A DNA stretch of 20,000 bases, from positions 54,457-74,456 of the IMG/VR virus record IMGVR_UViG_3300044614_000614. One strand, 5' to 3'. Positions within the stretch are counted from its first letter, which is position 1, and each line of letters begins with the position of its first letter. Positions 15,569 to 20,000 of this stretch are shown here, piece by piece. The notes under the pieces were generated by a model. That model saw only the letters and a program-made list of their open reading frames with translations. It was not told where the DNA came from and searched no databases. Position numbers and translations under genes: made by a program. This DNA is from an uncultured virus (IMG/VR IMGVR_UViG_3300044614_000614) (Duplodnaviria; Heunggongvirae; Uroviricota; Caudoviricetes).

Positions 15569-16425
15569 AAATTTATCCTCGTCATTATCATGGAATCCCA
15601 CCATGTTAAAAATACTTCCATATCCATAAACTTGTTAGGTTTATTACCTCTAAACAAAGGTTGATTTAGCATATGATAGTATAGATCATCATTGCTGTCA
15701 ACTTCAATCACTCGCTTTAAGAACAAGTGATCGTCTCTGTAATCATGCCAGTTTATCACAGCTTCTGGATTGAAATCCATTTCAAGAGTTGTGCTTCCCC
15801 AATAGATAGGAACAGTTCTAGCATAAGCAGCTTGGATAATCTTTTCTGTGATGTATCCAGGATAACTGCTGTTCTCAAAAGCTAAATGAAACTTTCTTGT
15901 TCTAAGAAAATCTATCTTTGCAGAAGTTGGTCTAGGAATAACATAACCAATGTTATTGAACAAAGGTCCAGCACTGTCAACTTTCTTATAGTTGTTAAGC
16001 AGATTGAACAGTTGGTTTCTCTTTTCACTATTTGGATTACTTACGACAAAAGAAGCAAAGCCTGTCTTTTCTGCTGGTTCAGAAAGATTAAATGGTGTAG
16101 AAAACCCTTGTTCATTTACGAGACTGTTTATCTCATGAACATAAAGAGGTAATCTGAAATGATACGGTTCATCTATGTGGTCGAACGTTATAGCAGCATG
16201 ACACTTATAGTTCCAAAATCTTCTGTTCTCACCAGTAAAGAAGACCTTGAAGACTTTTGCTGAGTCATACGATTCATTTTTGTTACCAAAATTTTCATCA
16301 CCAAAAATCAATATATGAGGATCATTGTCGTCACGAACAACATCATACTTCTGAGATAAAATAGAAATGAACCAATCTGGACTCATTCCAAAATCTGCGA
16401 AACCTACTCTAATTTTCTTTTTCAT
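15565..16425 (-). CDS. Alpha-1,3-fucosyltransferase-like (GT10 family)
   Basis: FTGEN, SFVVSN, FENSSYPGYITEKI and PIYWG motifs. Confidence 0.92.
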   Translation of the reverse strand: MKKKIRVGFADFGMSPDWFISILSQKYDVVRDDNDPHILIFGDENFGNKNESYDSAKVFKVFFTGENRRFWNYKCHAAITFDHIDEPYHFRLPLYVHEINSLVNEQGFSTPFNLSEPAEKTGFASFVVSNPNSEKRNQLFNLLNNYKKVDSAGPLFNNIGYVIPRPTSAKIDFLRTRKFHLAFENSSYPGYITEKIIQAAYARTVPIYWGSTTLEMDFNPEAVINWHDYRDDHLFLKRVIEVDSNDDLYYHMLNQPLFRGNKPNKFMDMEVFLTWWDSMIMTRINL

Positions 16426-16435
16426 AATCTATCCT

Positions 16436-17209
16436 TTAAATGACTATGCAGATATCGTTCTTCTGATATGAAGCATTATACATGATGTTAGAGTCAAAAT
16501 TACCATTGTCAAAAATTTGGCATGGCTGTATAAACTCTGCATCATTAAGCTTTCTTGTAATGGAATAAACATAGATGTTCAGTAGATTATTACCACTATT
16601 TACAAACTGGAGGTGAACACTGATTATTTCATATCCATTTGCTTTTGCCAGTTGCTTGAAGAAGATGGGAGAATAGTTAAAGAACCCGTGATTGATATCA
16701 AAACAAGGAACAGTAGATAACATTACACCACCAACTTTACATAGGTCGTGCATGACATTGAATGCATTTGTCTGGTTTATCAGATGTTCTGTTGTTCCAT
16801 TATTGACAACAAGATCATATTGACCTTTCTTGTCATCAGGACAACGATCTACATTCAAGTCTAGTTTTAACACATAATCAAGATCATTATATGTGTCTAA
16901 GTCAATAGCGAGATAGTCAAACTCTAAATCTTTGTAGAACCTTTGTGCTAACATTCCAGAAGAATAATCATCAAAAGACGCATTCTTACCAAACAGTTCA
17001 AAAACTTCTTTTAGAAAATCTTTACTGTCAGGATATGTTTTCTCATTAGGCACAAATTCATTATTGACTATCTTACCTGATATTCCTGAAACATGATAAT
17101 GAAGTTGTGAAGCTCCTATGTCTGCAACAGAAAGCTTTTTAGAGAAATCTAAGATTCCATTTCTGTGTAGATCCATCATGTTCAATACATCTTCTCTTGT
17201 AGTACCCAT
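16436..17209 (-). CDS. Class I SAM-dependent methyltransferase
   Basis: VADIGA, YLAIDL, YDLVVNNGTTEH, KVGG and HGFFNY motifs. Confidence 0.8.
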   Translation of the reverse strand: MGTTREDVLNMMDLHRNGILDFSKKLSVADIGASQLHYHVSGISGKIVNNEFVPNEKTYPDSKDFLKEVFELFGKNASFDDYSSGMLAQRFYKDLEFDYLAIDLDTYNDLDYVLKLDLNVDRCPDDKKGQYDLVVNNGTTEHLINQTNAFNVMHDLCKVGGVMLSTVPCFDINHGFFNYSPIFFKQLAKANGYEIISVHLQFVNSGNNLLNIYVYSITRKLNDAEFIQPCQIFDNGNFDSNIMYNASYQKNDICIVI

Positions 17210-17218
17210 AAATAAACC

Positions 17219-17782
17219 TCACTTATACCAATACCAAACGTCACACTCTGTCTCTAAGATAGTCTTATTCTTAGAAGAAGCAAACTCTATCACTGCCTCG
17301 TTGATGCACTTGATCACTCTAAAATCATGACCTGAAAATATACCACCATCTTTAAGCTTAGGATAGTAATTCGTCATGTCTTTAGTAACTTGCTCAAACG
17401 TATGTAGACCGTCAATAAATACAAAGTCTAGAGAGTTATCTTCGATATTAGAGACAGCATCATCTGAATACTTTCTGAGAAACTTAATTCTATCACCAAA
17501 CACCTTTGTGTTATCTAGAAACTGCTGATATATGTTTTCTCTTTCGTTTAGATTTGTACCATTCCAATCAATGTAGTTAACATAAGGATCAATGCAATAT
17601 AGAGTAAGATTTTTATTTGATTCCATCAAAAATCTTGTAGTGAATCCTTCAGCCAGACCAATTTCAACACCTACAGGATTTTCTAATCCTTCAATCATCT
17701 TACCAAGTCCGTAACCAGAACACTTAAACTTTGGTGTTATTCCAAAATTACCAGTAGAGTTATAATAAAAAGAATCACTCAT
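17219..17782 (-). CDS. SAM-dependent methyltransferase (Methyltransf_24-like)
   Basis: GVEIG, CIDPY, DFVFIDGLH and GGIFSGHD motifs. Confidence 0.88.
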   Translation of the reverse strand: MSDSFYYNSTGNFGITPKFKCSGYGLGKMIEGLENPVGVEIGLAEGFTTRFLMESNKNLTLYCIDPYVNYIDWNGTNLNERENIYQQFLDNTKVFGDRIKFLRKYSDDAVSNIEDNSLDFVFIDGLHTFEQVTKDMTNYYPKLKDGGIFSGHDFRVIKCINEAVIEFASSKNKTILETECDVWYWYK

Positions 17783-18461
17783 CTATACGTTCTCCATTTG
17801 GTGCTAAGTTGCCGCATAGTCCTATTTTTTCCATTTCAATAGGAGCAAAGGCATTAAAATATTTGTAATAAGCATGTTCTATGTCCATCGGCAATGTAAG
17901 ACAATCGCGGATAACATATTTCAGCTTTTCTATCGTCTGATCTAATAGATCATAATCAAAATGAAAAAGTCTTGATTGATATACATGATCTACGCCAATA
18001 TAATCTGATTGTTCTTTTGGCATCCAAGTTTTAGTAGGAACAGTAAACACATACTTACCTACATGTTCTAGACCAGGAACAAAGTTATCAGTTAGTTGAT
18101 ATCTACCTGATATCTTATATATTCTCTTTGTTTTTATTTCATTCTCACGAATCCAATTCAACGACATCATAAAAGAAATGGATTCAGCAGCACTTTTTAC
18201 GCCCGCTTCTGAAAATTTTTTGACGTTTTCATCTCTGCCTGTAAAAAGAACAACCGTGTTTCTCTTTACTAGTTCATCAAAATATTTACTTTCTGGTTCA
18301 ACAGAAGACGCATCAAACAAAATCTTTTGATTGTTAGGCATATACTTGTCAATTGAATTCAAAGTCTCAATCGTTTGATTAAAACGGTCTTCTGTTGAGT
18401 AAATTGAAAGATGATTTGGACAAACAAGCGCACTGCTTATCACAAAGATGGCATCGTTCAT
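17775..18461 (-). CDS. Hypothetical protein, probable glycosyltransferase-associated
   Basis: RFNQTIETLNSI, KISGRY and DIEH motifs; embedded in the sugar island with ATGA coupling. Confidence 0.65.
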   Translation of the reverse strand: MNDAIFVISSALVCPNHLSIYSTEDRFNQTIETLNSIDKYMPNNQKILFDASSVEPESKYFDELVKRNTVVLFTGRDENVKKFSEAGVKSAAESISFMMSLNWIRENEIKTKRIYKISGRYQLTDNFVPGLEHVGKYVFTVPTKTWMPKEQSDYIGVDHVYQSRLFHFDYDLLDQTIEKLKYVIRDCLTLPMDIEHAYYKYFNAFAPIEMEKIGLCGNLAPNGERIDE

Positions 18462-19489
18462 ATCTTCAGCCACTTCTCATTAGCGAGTGTCCAGTTAACG
18501 ACTTCACTGATTCGATCAGACAAAGCAATCTTTGGATACCAACCAAGATTTCTCATATACTCACCAGATAAAGCATAACGAAGATCGTGTCCAGGTCTAG
18601 ATGAATGGAAATCTATCAATTCATAATTCAATTCTTTACCTTGAGACTTTGCAATCATTAGAGCCAAATCTAGGTTATTGATTTCTTCAGCACCAACAAT
18701 ATTGAACTTAGGGCACTTAGCACCACCATAGTCATCAATGTGAATAGAGTTTCTATCAAGGTTTAGAATAAACATGAGAGCAGACGCAACATCCTTGGCA
18801 TGAATGTAATGTCTTGAACCTGGAATTGTTTTAGTCTTGTCTGAGTGAATGTAAACCTTCTCACCAGTATTGGCTCTTCTAATGACCATAGGAATAAACT
18901 TTTCAGGATGCTGACGCTCTCCAAAAACATTCATAGTATGTGTGATGTAGATAGGAAGCTTGTATGTATTTTCATATGCAACACAAAACTCTTCAGCGGC
19001 AGCCTTTGATGCTGAATAAGGATTAGTTGAATTGTACCTATCAAATTCTTTATAGTTAACACCGAAAGGTGCAGGACCAAATACTTCATCGGTAGAGAAG
19101 TATACAAAACTTTCAAGATTCTTAAGAGTTCTGGCATACTGCAATAGGTTCACAGTGCCAAGTGTATTGTCCATCAAAAACTCAACAGGATATTCAATCG
19201 AACGATCAACATGTGATCCTGCTGCCATGTGTAGCACAATGTTAACATCACCAAGCAGAGAATTGATAAGCGGATTGATTTCGGCTCTCAAGTCGTGATA
19301 CACAATCTTCACTCTTGACTTGACAGACTGGTCATATGACTGAAGTATATCGTAAAGCCTATTCAGATTTCCAGAGAAGTCTAATCTATCAAGACTGACA
19401 ATCTTCCAATCTGTTTCTCTTAGAATTGTATCGATAACATGATGTGCAATGAAACCTGCACCGCCTGTAATAAGAACTGTCTTTGTCAT
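18458..19489 (-). CDS. rmlB: dTDP-glucose 4,6-dehydratase-like NDP-sugar dehydratase
   Basis: TGGAGFI, AAGSHVDRSI, STDEVFG, PYSASKA, QHPEKFIP and RPGHDLRY motifs. Confidence 0.9.
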   Translation of the reverse strand: MTKTVLITGGAGFIAHHVIDTILRETDWKIVSLDRLDFSGNLNRLYDILQSYDQSVKSRVKIVYHDLRAEINPLINSLLGDVNIVLHMAAGSHVDRSIEYPVEFLMDNTLGTVNLLQYARTLKNLESFVYFSTDEVFGPAPFGVNYKEFDRYNSTNPYSASKAAAEEFCVAYENTYKLPIYITHTMNVFGERQHPEKFIPMVIRRANTGEKVYIHSDKTKTIPGSRHYIHAKDVASALMFILNLDRNSIHIDDYGGAKCPKFNIVGAEEINNLDLALMIAKSQGKELNYELIDFHSSRPGHDLRYALSGEYMRNLGWYPKIALSDRISEVVNWTLANEKWLKI

Positions 19490-19503
19490 TTAATCCTCAC
19501 GTA

Positions 19504-20000
19504 TTAATTATATTTTTTATATATGGCTTCTGCAAGCCCGTTCACTCTATCATATTGATGAACAATGACAGAAGGTAATCCAGTACTATGAGTATAAACC
19601 ACACCATCTATGATATCTGGTTGATTTACCATGTACTTCGTTCCATATAAAATTATGGAAGTAGGATCATTTTTTTGACCAATATCACCTGAGCCAGACC
19701 TTATTGCATGAATAGTCGTAGCTAAGTTTGTTGTCCACCCGGAATCATTAGACAATAGCGTAACATTCTGTGAGCAGAACTGCAACTGAATAATGAAATT
19801 ATATACTGCCTGATCAACGATATTTATACGTCTGTTTATACTCAATTGATACAGAAGCAACAGCAAGTCTTGCACCAGAGCTTGTGTTCCAGCTATGACA
19901 CCAACATTAAAAATCTCATTGTATTGGATCTTATCATAGACTACAGGATCAAATGAAGACAAGAAGTTATTGTGATTCCAAGATTCATCCTTATATCTAA
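19504..20000 (-). CDS. Putative glycosyltransferase, C-terminal part (5' end outside the window)
   Basis: Frame is open to the window edge (RYKDESWNHNN...); NVGVIAG, DQAVYN and HQYDR motifs. Confidence 0.7.
   Translation of the reverse strand, partial: RYKDESWNHNNFLSSFDPVVYDKIQYNEIFNVGVIAGTQALVQDLLLLLYQLSINRRINIVDQAVYNFIIQLQFCSQNVTLLSNDSGWTTNLATTIHAIRSGSGDIGQKNDPTSIILYGTKYMVNQPDIIDGVVYTHSTGLPSVIVHQYDRVNGLAEAIYKKYN

Noticed and set aside
677..17330. Numerous plus-strand ORFs in the track (e.g. 1182-1727, 4525-4845, 8046-8399)
   Set aside because: They are antisense shadows of well-supported minus-strand genes or tRNAs and show no recognisable motifs.

Overview
All-minus-strand segment of a large T4-like (myovirus-type) bacteriophage genome. 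In transcription order (right to left) it holds: (1) a nucleotide-sugar, glycosyltransferase and methyltransferase island (about 12.5-20 kb); (2) small ORFs, a lone tRNA-Gly and a PMM-type HAD enzyme; (3) the T4 replication core of gp43 DNA polymerase, UvsX, gp40-like and gp41 helicase, with an adenine methyltransferase and a cupin inserted; (4) a tRNA region (about 0.2-2.25 kb) ending in a Seg-type GIY-YIG homing endonuclease. The most unusual signals are in the tRNA region. A candidate ribosome-dependent attenuator (dual promoter, 26-aa codon-diverse leader peptide, mutually exclusive antiterminator and terminator) precedes part of the tRNA array. There are also three non-canonical tRNA-like RNAs, two short-variable-arm Leu tRNAs, and an RBS-sequestering hairpin with an internal late promoter in front of the endonuclease. 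All RNA folds were done by eye and no database searches were run; protein calls rest on recognisable motifs and T4 synteny.
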